A stretch of 64,000 nt of DNA, taken from assembly GCA_023666665.1 (NCBI GenBank), contig JAMPBN010000001.1:521642-585641 (forward strand), given 5' to 3'. This document shows, one piece after another, positions 36,701 through 46,629 of this stretch. This DNA comes from Prevotella sp. (GTDB taxonomy: Bacteria; Bacteroidota; Bacteroidia; Bacteroidales; Muribaculaceae). Both the position numbers and the translations under genes were made by a program. The notes below the pieces were generated by a model. That model was not told the DNA's origin. It made no database searches and saw nothing but the letters and a program-made list of their open reading frames with translations. Numbering within the stretch: the first letter of the stretch is position 1; each line of letters begins with the position of its first letter.

Positions 36701-38224
36701 TTGCAAACTATTATGAAAAAAATATATTTCGCATCGGGACTGCTTGCACTCCTTGCCCTGGCCACCACCTCGTGCGACGAGTACACCGTATATCCCGAAG
36801 CATTCGACAGCGTCTTTGCCCTGCGCGATGCCGGACAGCGGAATCTGACCATCTACACAACCGATGCCGTGGCTACGGACACGTTCGTTGTGATGAAGGG
36901 TGGTTATGACCCCGAAAAGTCGGCCGAAGCAACCATCAAGACGATGACGGATGCAGAATTTAATGCCTACAAGCAAAGCTCAGGCAACCTGCTTTATACC
37001 GCCGTGGGTTCCGAATGTTACTCATTCTCGCCCGCCGATGGCTCCAACGTCTATTCCGTTAAATATGAGTTCAACGGCAAGGAAGACAAGTATGAAAAAG
37101 CCGTGCTCTACATCAACCCGCAGAAGTTGAAAGCCTGGATGGATAATAACGCTGCTACTATGGGTACCAACACTCCCTGTATTCCCGTTCAGCTCGTCAG
37201 CAGCACCGACACCGTCAGCTCCGACAAGAGCATCTCGCTTGTTTGCCTGAATCTGATTCCCTCGGTTCTGACTCTCGACGTGAGCGGCGTGCAGGCCCGT
37301 AACGTGAACAACAAGACCCTTTCGCCCAACGGCAAAAACATTTATCGCCCGGAAGGCAAGTTCTCGATTCCCTGTCAGAACCGTTGGGGTTTCACTATCA
37401 ACACCGTGGCCAATGATCAGCTGATTGCCGACTACAATACCGCCAACGGTACCGCACTTATTCCGATGCCTGCCTCGATGTATGAGCTCAAGCCGTCGTA
37501 TCATCTCGCAGAGGGCACCACCTCCGCGTCGATTGACCTGCAGATCTTCCTCGACAATATGGAGGTTATGAAAACCTATGCCGTAGCAGTTACCCTCGAT
37601 CCCAACCTGCCCGTGCAGTGGGATGACGCAAGCATTGCCCCCGGAGCCAACGATTTCAGCGTTGACCCGAACATCAGCGTAATCTACACCGTGCGCCTCG
37701 TCGACGTTGTTGAACTCAAAAAGGTTACTCTTACCGCCGATATGGTTACATCTAACGACGTTGAACCTCTTGAAGGCAAGATCGAGTATCTGTTTGACGG
37801 CAAGACCGACACCTACTTCCACTCAACATATTCAATCGACGGCCACGAGCGCGATGCCGTCTTCGGCTCATATCTTGAGATTACCCTGCCGTCGGAAATG
37901 TCAATGTTCCGCTTCAACATCACCAACCGTAAGTCAGATTCAGCAAACGGCCGCATTAAGACAGTGCACCTCTACGGCACCAACAACCGCGACAATTGGC
38001 CGAGCAAGCCCTTCGCCGTCATCGAAGATATGAATGAACTGATCAACGGCAACGGTGTTGCCGCATCGTTCGGCTCAGACGACGAACCTTATCGCGCTGA
38101 AAACCCCGTGAAGTACCTGCGCTTCTGCGTTATGGAATCAGGCGGCGGCTATTGCACCGTGCCGGTTACCAAATACGATGGTCCCTACTGGTTCGCATCA
38201 GAATTTGAACTCTTCGGATATTAA
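36701..38224 (+). CDS. PUL-associated surface lipoprotein with an N-terminal DUF1735/BT_3987-like domain and a C-terminal F5/8 type C (discoidin/CBM32-like) domain.
   Basis: Lipobox (LALATTSCDEY). The C-terminal ~150 aa (...KIEYLFDGKTDTYFHSTYS...YLEITLPSEMSMFRFNITNR...YLRFCVMES...) has a discoidin-like pattern. It sits in the position of SGBP-like genes after SusD. Confidence 0.6.
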   Translation: MQTIMKKIYFASGLLALLALATTSCDEYTVYPEAFDSVFALRDAGQRNLTIYTTDAVATDTFVVMKGGYDPEKSAEATIKTMTDAEFNAYKQSSGNLLYTAVGSECYSFSPADGSNVYSVKYEFNGKEDKYEKAVLYINPQKLKAWMDNNAATMGTNTPCIPVQLVSSTDTVSSDKSISLVCLNLIPSVLTLDVSGVQARNVNNKTLSPNGKNIYRPEGKFSIPCQNRWGFTINTVANDQLIADYNTANGTALIPMPASMYELKPSYHLAEGTTSASIDLQIFLDNMEVMKTYAVAVTLDPNLPVQWDDASIAPGANDFSVDPNISVIYTVRLVDVVELKKVTLTADMVTSNDVEPLEGKIEYLFDGKTDTYFHSTYSIDGHERDAVFGSYLEITLPSEMSMFRFNITNRKSDSANGRIKTVHLYGTNNRDNWPSKPFAVIEDMNELINGNGVAASFGSDDEPYRAENPVKYLRFCVMESGGGYCTVPVTKYDGPYWFASEFELFGY

Positions 38225-38241
38225 TCACACTCTCTCCATTT

Positions 38242-40893
38242 ATGAAAAAGTACCTTAACAGAATCCTCACGCTCGCGGTGGTGGCCCTCGGCCTCACCGC
38301 GTGCAACAAGGACGAAATCGCCTCCGATGAACCCGGCGGCGACTTCTCCATTGAACAACGTTATCTGAACAACAGCATCGGAAAGAAAGCAACAGTTATT
38401 GAAATTCCGGTGAAAACAACCCTGGCCAGCGGACAATGGTACATCGACACCGACGTTACCTGGATTTTGACCGGCAAGAAGAGCCCCAGCAACGGAGTCG
38501 GCACGCTGTCCCTCACCGTCGAGGCCAACAACACCGGCGAAACCCGCACCGGAACCGTCAAGGTCTCCACCACCACAGTTGACTACAAAATCATCGTCAA
38601 GCAATATGCCGACGACGACCTGCGTGTGGAAGAAGACATTCCCATCACGCCCATCTCGGCAAAAGCCACCAATTTCCATGAAGGCGAGGAAATCGAAAAG
38701 TCGTTCGATGGAAATACCGGCACTATGTTCCACTCCCACTATACCTCCAAGCCGTTCCCCTTTGAGCTGCTTTATCGCTTCGAAGGTCAGGAACAGATTG
38801 ACTACATAGAATACGTTCCCCGTACCGACGGAGGCGCAAACGGCAACATTCAGGAGTTGGAAATATACTACGCCGAAGATGCCGCCCGCACCGACTTCCA
38901 AAAGGTGGGCGACTACAACTTCAACGGCTCGTCAGCGCCCAGCCGCGTATCCCTCCCCGCAGGCAAGAAGCCCACGGCAATCAAATTCGTGGTTAAGAGC
39001 GGTATCAACAACAACGTGAGCTGCGCCGAAATGCGCTTCATGCGTCGCAACACCGACACCACCCTCAACCGCACTCTGCTCGAGGTGTTCACCGACCTGA
39101 CCTGCTCGGAACTCAACCCCGGCGTGACTGCCGACGACCTGACCAAGCTCGATCCCGCATTCCAGCGCATCGGCGAGGTGCTGCTCAACGGCACTTACGA
39201 CCCTCTGGAGAAGTCGTTCCGTGTGCACGAATACAAAGCATATTCCGACCCGGTTGAGTGGAGCGTCAAGCTGATGACCAAGAAGTACTCAACCTGGGAC
39301 AACCCTATGGGCATTGCCGTCAAGAAAGGTGAACCCGTGATGATTCTCGTCGGCGAAACTTGGGGAAATGAAGTTCAGCTTCAGATTCTCGGCGAAAACC
39401 AAGGTGTAAACTCCTCTACCGGAGCATCATATCTCACCATTCAGCGTCAGGGCCACTTCGTGTCGCTCAATCCTGGTGTCAACATGATTACTCCCGACCA
39501 GGACGGCCAACTGTTCTTTATGTACACCGCAGTGCCCTCCGCTCCCACCTCCAAGCCCATCAAGGTGCACGTGCCTGTGGGCTACGGTGAGTTTGCCGGC
39601 TATTTCGACCTCGAAGAGCATCAGACCGACGAGAAGTTCTCGGAGATTCGCTCGCGCTCGTCCCACAAATATATGTGTATCAAGGGCAAACGTATGCTCC
39701 TCTACTTCAATCGCTCAACGCTTCCGCGCAAGATTGTTGACCCCATCAACCAGTGGGACAACATCATTACATGGCAACAGGACTTCATGGGCATTGACGA
39801 CGTCCGTCCCGACCTGTGGAACAACCACCTCGCCGGCATAACCCTCCCGGCAGCCGAGGGAGGCTATATGTGGGCCTCTGACTGGACCATGGGCTTCGCC
39901 GAAAGCGCCGTGTCAAAAATCATGGGTCTTGAGCAATTCAACGCCCATGCTGACAACGCCTGGGGACCCGCCCACGAAATGGGCCACGTCAACCAGACCG
40001 CAATCAACTGGGCATCCACAACCGAAAGCTCCAACAACCTCTTCTCCAACTATGTGCTCTATCGCTTCAATCGCTACTCGAGCCGTGGCCAGGGGTTGTA
40101 TTATCGCTTCGGTGCCGTCTACGAAAAAGACCATTCGTGGGCTTCCATGCACTATGCCGGCGAACATACCGGTCCGGAAGTACCTCTGTCAATTGACGGC
40201 GACGGAACCCATATGGGCGAAGATACTGAAATTCATATGCGTTTGAACTGGCAGCTCTGGAACTACTATCACCGCGTGAAAGGCGACGAAAAGTTCTTTG
40301 CACGCGTGTTTAAAAAGATGCGCGAGGTAGGTCTCAACGAAACCGAAGACCCCGGTCGCAAGCAGTTGGAATTTGCCGTGGCTTGCTCTGAAGCCGCCGG
40401 CGAGGACCTGACAGACTTCTTTGAAGCCTGGGGATTCTTCAAACCTCACAATAGCACCATCAGCCAGTATGGCGACTATAAGTATCGCGTAACTCCCGAT
40501 ATGATTTCCGATGCTAAGGCGCGTATGGCCAAGTGCGGCCCGAAAGCCGGCGCGGTTGAATACATTGAAGACCGCGACTCCAAAACAGGCCCCAAGAACG
40601 GCGACTTTGAGTGGGATGAAATCGGCGACCTTGGTTACTATACCACCTATGCCAACAAGCTCACCGTTGCCGCTTCGGCCTCTGCCTCGGTTAGCGGACG
40701 CACCGTTACCCTCAAGAACTGCGATAACGCAGTGGCCGCAGAAATCCGCCTAATAAATGGCGACGGTTACGGCGAGGTGCGCTACGCCTCCAACAAGCTG
40801 ACTTTCTCTGTGCCCGCAAACATCACCGTTGGCGGCTGCGGAGTCTACGCCGTGCAATACGACGGCAAGCGCATATTACTCTGCAATATGTAA
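38242..40893 (+). CDS. Lipoprotein with BACON domain + F5/8 type C (CBM32-like) domain + M60-like (enhancin-like) zinc metallopeptidase domain. Candidate O-glycoprotein/mucin protease.
   Basis: Lipobox (LGLTACNKDE). BACON-like segment (...WILTGKKSPSNGVGTLSLTVEANNTGETRTGTVKVST...). Discoidin-like segment (...FHEGEEIEKSFDGNTGTMFHSHYT...IKFVVKSGINNNVSCAEMRF). HEMGH motif (GPAHEMGHVNQTAINWASTTE) with the downstream Glu spaced as in M60-like HExxH(x)8-24E. Confidence 0.7.
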   Translation: MKKYLNRILTLAVVALGLTACNKDEIASDEPGGDFSIEQRYLNNSIGKKATVIEIPVKTTLASGQWYIDTDVTWILTGKKSPSNGVGTLSLTVEANNTGETRTGTVKVSTTTVDYKIIVKQYADDDLRVEEDIPITPISAKATNFHEGEEIEKSFDGNTGTMFHSHYTSKPFPFELLYRFEGQEQIDYIEYVPRTDGGANGNIQELEIYYAEDAARTDFQKVGDYNFNGSSAPSRVSLPAGKKPTAIKFVVKSGINNNVSCAEMRFMRRNTDTTLNRTLLEVFTDLTCSELNPGVTADDLTKLDPAFQRIGEVLLNGTYDPLEKSFRVHEYKAYSDPVEWSVKLMTKKYSTWDNPMGIAVKKGEPVMILVGETWGNEVQLQILGENQGVNSSTGASYLTIQRQGHFVSLNPGVNMITPDQDGQLFFMYTAVPSAPTSKPIKVHVPVGYGEFAGYFDLEEHQTDEKFSEIRSRSSHKYMCIKGKRMLLYFNRSTLPRKIVDPINQWDNIITWQQDFMGIDDVRPDLWNNHLAGITLPAAEGGYMWASDWTMGFAESAVSKIMGLEQFNAHADNAWGPAHEMGHVNQTAINWASTTESSNNLFSNYVLYRFNRYSSRGQGLYYRFGAVYEKDHSWASMHYAGEHTGPEVPLSIDGDGTHMGEDTEIHMRLNWQLWNYYHRVKGDEKFFARVFKKMREVGLNETEDPGRKQLEFAVACSEAAGEDLTDFFEAWGFFKPHNSTISQYGDYKYRVTPDMISDAKARMAKCGPKAGAVEYIEDRDSKTGPKNGDFEWDEIGDLGYYTTYANKLTVAASASASVSGRTVTLKNCDNAVAAEIRLINGDGYGEVRYASNKLTFSVPANITVGGCGVYAVQYDGKRILLCNM

Positions 40894-40923
40894 AAAACAG
40901 ATAGTAAATTTCTCATTCGATAA

Positions 40924-40967
40924 AGGCGGGACAATAGCTGCGAAAGCTGTTGCTCCGCCTGCTTTTT
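40924..40967 (+). terminator. Rho-independent terminator at the end of the PUL-like operon.
   Basis: Imperfect ~14-bp stem (aggcgggacaatagc / gctgttgctccgcct) with a tgcgaaa loop, followed by GCTTTTT. Confidence 0.5.
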
Positions 40968-41075
40968 CGCCGCAATTGAAAATTATTATACCGGCGACAA
41001 GCGGGAATCAAAATAATTTTCGTATCTTTGTGCGCAATTATTAAACTGATTGTAAAACCTCAAAACCTTGTAATT

Positions 41076-42554
41076 ATGTCTTTCATTGCCGATAGAGTCA
41101 AGATGGATGGCCTGACGTTTGATGACGTTCTCCTTATCCCCGCATACTCCGAAGTGCTTCCCCGCGACGTTAGTCTTGCAACCCGCTTCTCGCGAAACAT
41201 AGTGCTTAACGTCCCGCTGATTTCTGCGGCAATGGACACCGTCACCGAAGCTCCGCTTGCCATAGCCATAGCCCGCGAGGGCGGTATCGGCGTGATTCAC
41301 AAAAATATGTCAATCGCCGAGCAGGCGCGTCAGGTCCACGCCGTAAAACGCGCTGAAAATGGTATGATTACCGACCCGGTGACCATTAAGCGCGGCTCAA
41401 CTGTGGCCGATGCCCTCGCCATTATGGAGGAATATCACATCGGCGGCATTCCGGTGGTTGACGACGACCGCAAGCTCGTTGGCATCGTGACCAACCGTGA
41501 CCTGCGGTTTGAAACCGACTTGACGCGCCCCATCGACGACGTGATGACCAAAGAAAACCTCGTCACCACCTCGCAAAGCACTGACCTCGAAGAAGCTGCC
41601 CGCATTCTTCAGCAACACAAAATCGAGAAACTTCCCGTGGTCGATGCCAAAGGTCGACTGCTCGGGCTCGTCACTTATAAGGACATCACCAAGGCTAAAG
41701 ACAAACCGATGGCCTGCAAGGATAAATTCGGCCGCCTGCGCGTCGCCGCCGGTATCGGCGTGACTGCCGACAGCCTTGACCGCGCAACCGCCCTGGTTGA
41801 AGCCGGAGTGGATGCCATAGTAATAGACACGGCCCACGGCCACAGCGCCGGAGTGGTTAAAACCCTACGCGCCGTCAAGGAGAAATTCCCCGAAATCGAC
41901 GTTGTTGTGGGCAACATCGCTACCGGCGAAGCTGCCAAATATCTCGCTGAAAACGGCGCCGACGGCGTTAAGGTAGGTATCGGCCCCGGCTCGATATGCA
42001 CCACCCGCGTGATTGCCGGAGTTGGTGTGCCGCAGCTCTCGGCCGTCTACGACGTAGCCAAAGCCCTCGAAGGCACCGGAGTGCCTCTGATTGCCGACGG
42101 TGGCATCCGCTACAGCGGCGACATTGTCAAGGCTCTCGCTGCCGGAGCCTGGTCGGTAATGCTCGGCGGTATGCTTGCCGGCGTAGACGAAACCCCCGGC
42201 GACACCATAATATATAATGGCCGCAAATATAAGGCATATCGCGGCATGGGTTCGCTCGAAGCTATGGAAAAGGGTTCCAAAGACCGCTACTTCCAGGGCA
42301 ACGTTTCCGATGCAAAAAAACTCGTGCCCGAAGGTATCGCCGCCCGCGTGCCTTACAAAGGCTCGCTATATGAAGTGGTTTATCAGATGCTCGGCGGACT
42401 CCGCTCCGGTATGGGCTACTGCGGCGCCCCCAACATCGAGGCTCTGCATTCGGCCAAATTTACCCGCATCACCAATGCCGGCGTGGCCGAAAGCCACCCC
42501 CACGACGTAGCCATCACCTCAGAGGCTCCCAACTATTCCGCTTCTTCCAATTAA
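41076..42554 (+). CDS. guaB: IMP dehydrogenase.
   Basis: MSFIADRV...[22 protein letters not shown]..., tandem CBS domains, the catalytic-loop region GPGSICTTR, and ...[18 protein letters not shown]. The start was moved to the ATG at 41076. Confidence 0.95.
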   Translation: MSFIADRVKMDGLTFDDVLLIPAYSEVLPRDVSLATRFSRNIVLNVPLISAAMDTVTEAPLAIAIAREGGIGVIHKNMSIAEQARQVHAVKRAENGMITDPVTIKRGSTVADALAIMEEYHIGGIPVVDDDRKLVGIVTNRDLRFETDLTRPIDDVMTKENLVTTSQSTDLEEAARILQQHKIEKLPVVDAKGRLLGLVTYKDITKAKDKPMACKDKFGRLRVAAGIGVTADSLDRATALVEAGVDAIVIDTAHGHSAGVVKTLRAVKEKFPEIDVVVGNIATGEAAKYLAENGADGVKVGIGPGSICTTRVIAGVGVPQLSAVYDVAKALEGTGVPLIADGGIRYSGDIVKALAAGAWSVMLGGMLAGVDETPGDTIIYNGRKYKAYRGMGSLEAMEKGSKDRYFQGNVSDAKKLVPEGIAARVPYKGSLYEVVYQMLGGLRSGMGYCGAPNIEALHSAKFTRITNAGVAESHPHDVAITSEAPNYSASSN

Positions 42555-42604
42555 CAGTTAACAATTAACAATTAGTAATTGACAAATACATATAAAACTA
42601 TAAA

Positions 42605-44479
42605 ATGAGAAAAACAGCTTTCTTATTGATTGCGGCAGGAGTGTTGACTCTCGCCGCAAAAGCACCGAAAGACCCGGTGCTGCTTGAGGTTGACAATAAA
42701 CCCGTCACCCTGAGCGAATTTGAATATTTCTATCATAAAAACGACGGCAACGAAATAGAAAAAGAAACTCCCGAACAGTATCTGAAACGTTTCGTTGACT
42801 ATAAGCTCAAAGTGGCGCAAGCCCGCGAGGAACAGCGCGACACCACCGCAGAGTTTAGAAAAGAATACGCTTCGTTCTATCGCGAACTGGCCAAGCCCTA
42901 TCTTCAGGACCAGCCCACCTACGACCGGCTCCTTGAAGAATCATACAAGCACACCCAGCAGCATCGCCGGATTGACCACCTGATGGTGCCGTTCAACAAG
43001 CCCGAGCTGATGGACTCGCTGCGTCAAGCTCTCGTCAATGGCGCTGACTTCGAGGAGATTGTGGCCAAATATTCCATTGACCCCTCCAAGTCGGAAAACC
43101 ACGGCCACTATGGCTGGGTAGGTGCCGGACAGTTCCCTTATGAGTTTGAAGAGATTGTTTACGACACTCCGCTCAACGAGTGGTCAAAAGTGATTAACAC
43201 GCAATACGGCCTCCACATTGTACGCCCCACCAAGGACCGCACATATCTCGGAGACATCCACGCCGCCCACATCCTTGTGCAGATGAACGAGCAGACCGAC
43301 TCTGCCGCAGCCAAGGCTCGCATTGACTCCATTTATAACCTGTTGCTGCAAGGTCAGGACTTCGCCGTTATGGCCCGTCAAAACAGCGACTGCCCCTCCG
43401 CAGCCAAAGACGGCGACCTTGGCGTATTCGGCCCCGGACAGATGGTGCCGGAGTTTGAAGACGTTGCATTCAGCCTTGCCGACGGCGAAATGTCCAAGCC
43501 GTTCCTTACTCGTTTCGGCTGGCACATCGTCAAGAGATATGAAACCAAACCCCGCGCCAAGGAGCCGCTGATTCGCCAGATTGAGGAGATGATGAAGCAC
43601 GATATTCGCGGCGTGCGTCCCCGCACCGTACGCGCCGAGCAGCTCAAAAAGGAACTCAACTTCCGCTTCGACGAAGCAGGCCGCGAAAAAATGCTCACCA
43701 TGGGCGACGAACTCGGCTTTGACTCCCTGATGTCGGTGATGAAAAATGACCCCACTCCGCTCTACTATGTAGCCGACAGCGTAGTAACCATCGGCGACTA
43801 CCTCTCGACCGGCATCCGCGTGCATCCCGGCAACGGCCCCGTTTCCAAGCAGCTTATGGACCGTATGAACGGCCGCGTTATGACCGCCCTGATTGGCTAT
43901 GAAGAGCGCGGACTCTACAATAAATACAAAGATTTCCGCCGCCAGGCTGATGAATATGCCGAGGGTCTGATGCTCGTTGCCTCGCTTGAGGACAACGTGT
44001 GGAACCAGCCCACCAAGAATCCCGAAGGTCTGAAAAAATACTTCGAGGCACATAAAGACAACTACACTTTCTCAGCTCCCCGCTGGAAAGGCTACGTTGT
44101 CTACGCCACTTCTGACTCGCTGAAAAATGAGGTTGCCGACTATCTCGCCACCGTACAACCCGCTCCCGAAGTGCTCGGCGACAGCCTGAAAGCCCGCTTC
44201 CCCCGTGACATTCGCATTGAGCGCGTGGTGCTTCCCAAGGGCGAAAACCAGGTGATTGACTATATCGCTTTTGGCGGCCCCGAACCCAAGTTCAGCAACC
44301 GCTACGCATTCTTCACCACCTACCTCGGCCATATGATTGACGGCCCCGAAGAAGTTGCCGACGTGCGCAACCGCGTCACTAACGACTACACCCGCGAATT
44401 GGAAGAAAAATTCGTGGAGGGTCTGCGCAAGAAGTTCCCTGTCAAGGTCAACAACAAGGTGCTGAAAAAAGCCAAGTAG
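42605..44479 (+). CDS. Periplasmic peptidyl-prolyl cis-trans isomerase / chaperone (SurA/PpiD-like, parvulin-type).
   Basis: Signal peptide; SurA-N-like region; parvulin motifs (...AAHILVQMNEQ..., ...GDLGVFGPGQMVPEFEDVAF...GWHIVKR). Confidence 0.75.
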   Translation: MRKTAFLLIAAGVLTLAAKAPKDPVLLEVDNKPVTLSEFEYFYHKNDGNEIEKETPEQYLKRFVDYKLKVAQAREEQRDTTAEFRKEYASFYRELAKPYLQDQPTYDRLLEESYKHTQQHRRIDHLMVPFNKPELMDSLRQALVNGADFEEIVAKYSIDPSKSENHGHYGWVGAGQFPYEFEEIVYDTPLNEWSKVINTQYGLHIVRPTKDRTYLGDIHAAHILVQMNEQTDSAAAKARIDSIYNLLLQGQDFAVMARQNSDCPSAAKDGDLGVFGPGQMVPEFEDVAFSLADGEMSKPFLTRFGWHIVKRYETKPRAKEPLIRQIEEMMKHDIRGVRPRTVRAEQLKKELNFRFDEAGREKMLTMGDELGFDSLMSVMKNDPTPLYYVADSVVTIGDYLSTGIRVHPGNGPVSKQLMDRMNGRVMTALIGYEERGLYNKYKDFRRQADEYAEGLMLVASLEDNVWNQPTKNPEGLKKYFEAHKDNYTFSAPRWKGYVVYATSDSLKNEVADYLATVQPAPEVLGDSLKARFPRDIRIERVVLPKGENQVIDYIAFGGPEPKFSNRYAFFTTYLGHMIDGPEEVADVRNRVTNDYTRELEEKFVEGLRKKFPVKVNNKVLKKAK

Positions 44480-44498
44480 ACCTCACCACCACTGAAAT

Positions 44499-45341
44499 AT
44501 GAAGTGTAAAAACATAGCAGGCGCTTTGGGCGTAATTATTGCCCTGAGCGCCTGCTCACATAATGATGCCGAACTTGCCGACGGCGAAGTTGCCCGCATT
44601 GGCGGCGAATCGCTCACCGATGCCGACATCCGTGCCGTGACCCCGGCTGGTCTCGCCGAGGTTGACTCCGTGGCGTTTGTCGATGCCTACGTCAACAGCT
44701 GGGTGGCTGACCGCCTGATTCTTCACGAAGCAGCCCGGCTTATTAAAGACACCGATGAGATTGACCGACTGACCGAGCAGTATCGCCGGGATTTGATAAT
44801 GTGGGAGTATCGCACCCTGGCGGTTAATGCCGACCCGGAGCTGCAACTCACCGACGATGACATCAAGGCATATTATGAGGCACATCCCGGGCAGATGAAG
44901 CTTGATGCCCCGATGGTGCGCGGCATCTATCTGAAGCTGGAATCTGACGACCCGGCGCTGCGCACCGTGCGCCAGCTCTATGCATCGCCCAATCAGGACA
45001 ACGTTGACCGTCTTGAAAAGGTGGGGCTGAAAAGCGCCGTTCATTATGACTATTTTCGCGACACGTGGGTGCCTGCCCGGCAGGTGATTACTAAAATCCC
45101 CGCCGAACTTTCACCCTCCGATTTGCACAAGGGGCTGAAATATGAGGTGGAGCGCGATGGGTTTACTTACCTCTTGAGTATCAGCGATGTTTTACCCATC
45201 GGAGCCACGATGCCGCTTGAAGCGGCAGAGCCGCGCATCCGCGAAACGCTCGATGCCATGCGGCGCACGGGGCTGGATGCCCGGCTGGTTGCGCGGCTGC
45301 GCGCCGAGGCGGTGGCCGGCGGCCGCCTCCTCCTCCGCTGA
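44499..45341 (+). CDS. SurA N-terminal-domain-like periplasmic chaperone lipoprotein (no parvulin domain).
   Basis: Lipobox (VIIALSACSH) and a SurA-N-like helical region (...VDAYVNSWVADRLILHEAARL...EQYRRDLIMWEYRTL...). Confidence 0.55.
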   Translation: MKCKNIAGALGVIIALSACSHNDAELADGEVARIGGESLTDADIRAVTPAGLAEVDSVAFVDAYVNSWVADRLILHEAARLIKDTDEIDRLTEQYRRDLIMWEYRTLAVNADPELQLTDDDIKAYYEAHPGQMKLDAPMVRGIYLKLESDDPALRTVRQLYASPNQDNVDRLEKVGLKSAVHYDYFRDTWVPARQVITKIPAELSPSDLHKGLKYEVERDGFTYLLSISDVLPIGATMPLEAAEPRIRETLDAMRRTGLDARLVARLRAEAVAGGRLLLR

Positions 45342-45413
45342 TTGACATAAATTTATGTTTTTATGTCTTTATGTCCTAAAAATTGCGGCTTTATGTAATT
45401 ATGTATGAAAAAA

Positions 45414-45445
45414 TTTGTGTAAATCAGAGAAATTTCGTTACTTTG
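45414..45445 (+). promoter_or_regulatory. Candidate promoter (-33 TTTG plus a near-consensus -7 element) for the rpmB-rpmG-DUF4295 operon, leaving a ~145-nt GC-rich leader.
   Basis: TTTG at 45414-45417, a 20-21 nt spacer, then TTACTTTG at 45438-45445 (a near match to TAnnTTTG). The leader 45446-45592 is unusually GC-rich and self-complementary for this AT-rich intergenic context. Confidence 0.3.
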
Positions 45446-45592
45446 CACTCTGTTTAGCGACCCCCGCTCCGGGAAAGTCGTCGGGAAGTGATGCGCCCGC
45501 CGATGATATGAGCGAAGGAACCGGGAGTGCTGACAAAATCTCGAGAAAATAAAAAATAAATATAACCACTTAGAAGACAATACCCTACAGCC

Positions 45593-45856
45593 ATGTCAAA
45601 GATGTGTCAAATCACGGGCAAAACTGCCATGACGGGTAACAACGTTTCGCACTCGAAGCGTCGCACCAAGCGTAAATTCAACGTGAACCTCTTCACCAAG
45701 AAGTTCTATTGGCCTGAACAAGAAATGTGGATTTCCCTGAACATTTCCGCCAAAGGTCTGCGCACCATCAACAAACTCGGCCTCAACGCCGCTCTGATGC
45801 AGGCCGCAGAAAAGGGATATATTAATGAAAACGACATTAAATGCATTGGATTTTAA
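45593..45856 (+). CDS. rpmB: 50S ribosomal protein L28.
   Basis: [32 protein letters not shown]..., an L28 signature. Confidence 0.95.
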   Translation: MSKMCQITGKTAMTGNNVSHSKRRTKRKFNVNLFTKKFYWPEQEMWISLNISAKGLRTINKLGLNAALMQAAEKGYINENDIKCIGF

Positions 45857-45859
45857 GTC

Positions 45860-46048
45860 ATGGCAAAGAAAGCAAAAGGTAATCGCGTGCAAGTAATCCT
45901 TGAATGCACCGAACACAAAGCAAGCGGAATGCCCGGCACTTCTCGCTATATCACAACCAAGAACCGCAAAAACACCACCGAGCGTCTGGAGCTGAAAAAA
46001 TATAACCCCATCCTCAAGCGTGTAACCGTTCACAAAGAAATTAAGTAA
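45860..46048 (+). CDS. rpmG: 50S ribosomal protein L33.
   Basis: [20 protein letters not shown]...[23 protein letters not shown]..., an L33 signature. Confidence 0.95.
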   Translation: MAKKAKGNRVQVILECTEHKASGMPGTSRYITTKNRKNTTERLELKKYNPILKRVTVHKEIK

Positions 46049-46072
46049 TTCACCCCATAAGATCTACAGGAA

Positions 46073-46222
46073 ATGGCAAAGAAAACCGTGGCCTCACTTC
46101 AGAAGGGTGAAGGCCGTACCTATAGCAAAGTAATCAAAATGGAACGCTCGCCGAAAACAGGCGCTTACATCTTCAAAGAAGAAATGGTTCCCAACGACGC
46201 CGTGAAAGCTGCGCTCAAATAA
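46073..46222 (+). CDS. DUF4295-like small protein encoded after rpmB-rpmG in Bacteroidetes.
   Basis: 49-aa ORF (MAKKTVASLQKGEGRTYSKVIKMERSPKTGAYIFKEEMVPNDAVKAALK) found by manual translation. It falls below the ORF-track length cutoff and has the conserved position after L33. Confidence 0.6.
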   Translation: MAKKTVASLQKGEGRTYSKVIKMERSPKTGAYIFKEEMVPNDAVKAALK

Positions 46223-46407
46223 TAAACCAAAAGTCGAAATCCGCGCACTTTTATACTGAAATATGTTAAAAAACATCTTTTTTTGAGGAAAATCAAAAAA
46301 AATCTTAAAAAAAGTTTGCAGGTTCAAAATTTTGGCATAAATTTGCATCGGTTTTAGAACAGAAATCAAATTACATCACAAAGTTTCATAAATTAAAATT
46401 CAAAAAA

Positions 46408-46602
46408 ATGAAAAAGTACATCCTGATGCTCGCTGTAGCAGCCGCTGCTACCCTCGTTGCTTGCGGTAACAAAGAAGCTAATGTAGAAGAAGCTGAAGCA
46501 GTTGACACTGTAGAAGTTGTTGAAGCAGTTGACACTGTAGTTGTTGCTGACTCTGCTGCTGTTGACACCGTAGTTGAAGTTGTTGAAGCTGTTGCTGAAT
46601 AA
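46408..46602 (+). CDS. Small acidic repeat lipoprotein.
   Basis: Signal peptide plus lipobox (MKKYILMLAVAAAATLVACGN), then acidic Val/Glu/Asp repeats (VDTVEVVEAVDTVVVADSAAVDTVVEVVEA). Preceded by an AT-rich region with TAAATTTG at ~46345 and followed by a hairpin. Confidence 0.5.
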   Translation: MKKYILMLAVAAAATLVACGNKEANVEEAEAVDTVEVVEAVDTVVVADSAAVDTVVEVVEAVAE

Positions 46603-46629
46603 TTTCTGCGAGTAAACAGTGAACAATAG

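Noticed and set aside
45353-45580. 75-aa minus-strand ORF in the spacer upstream of rpmB.
   Set aside because: The amino-acid composition is non-protein-like (FFIFSRFCQHSRFLRSYHRR...). The region is better explained as the promoter and leader of the ribosomal-protein operon.
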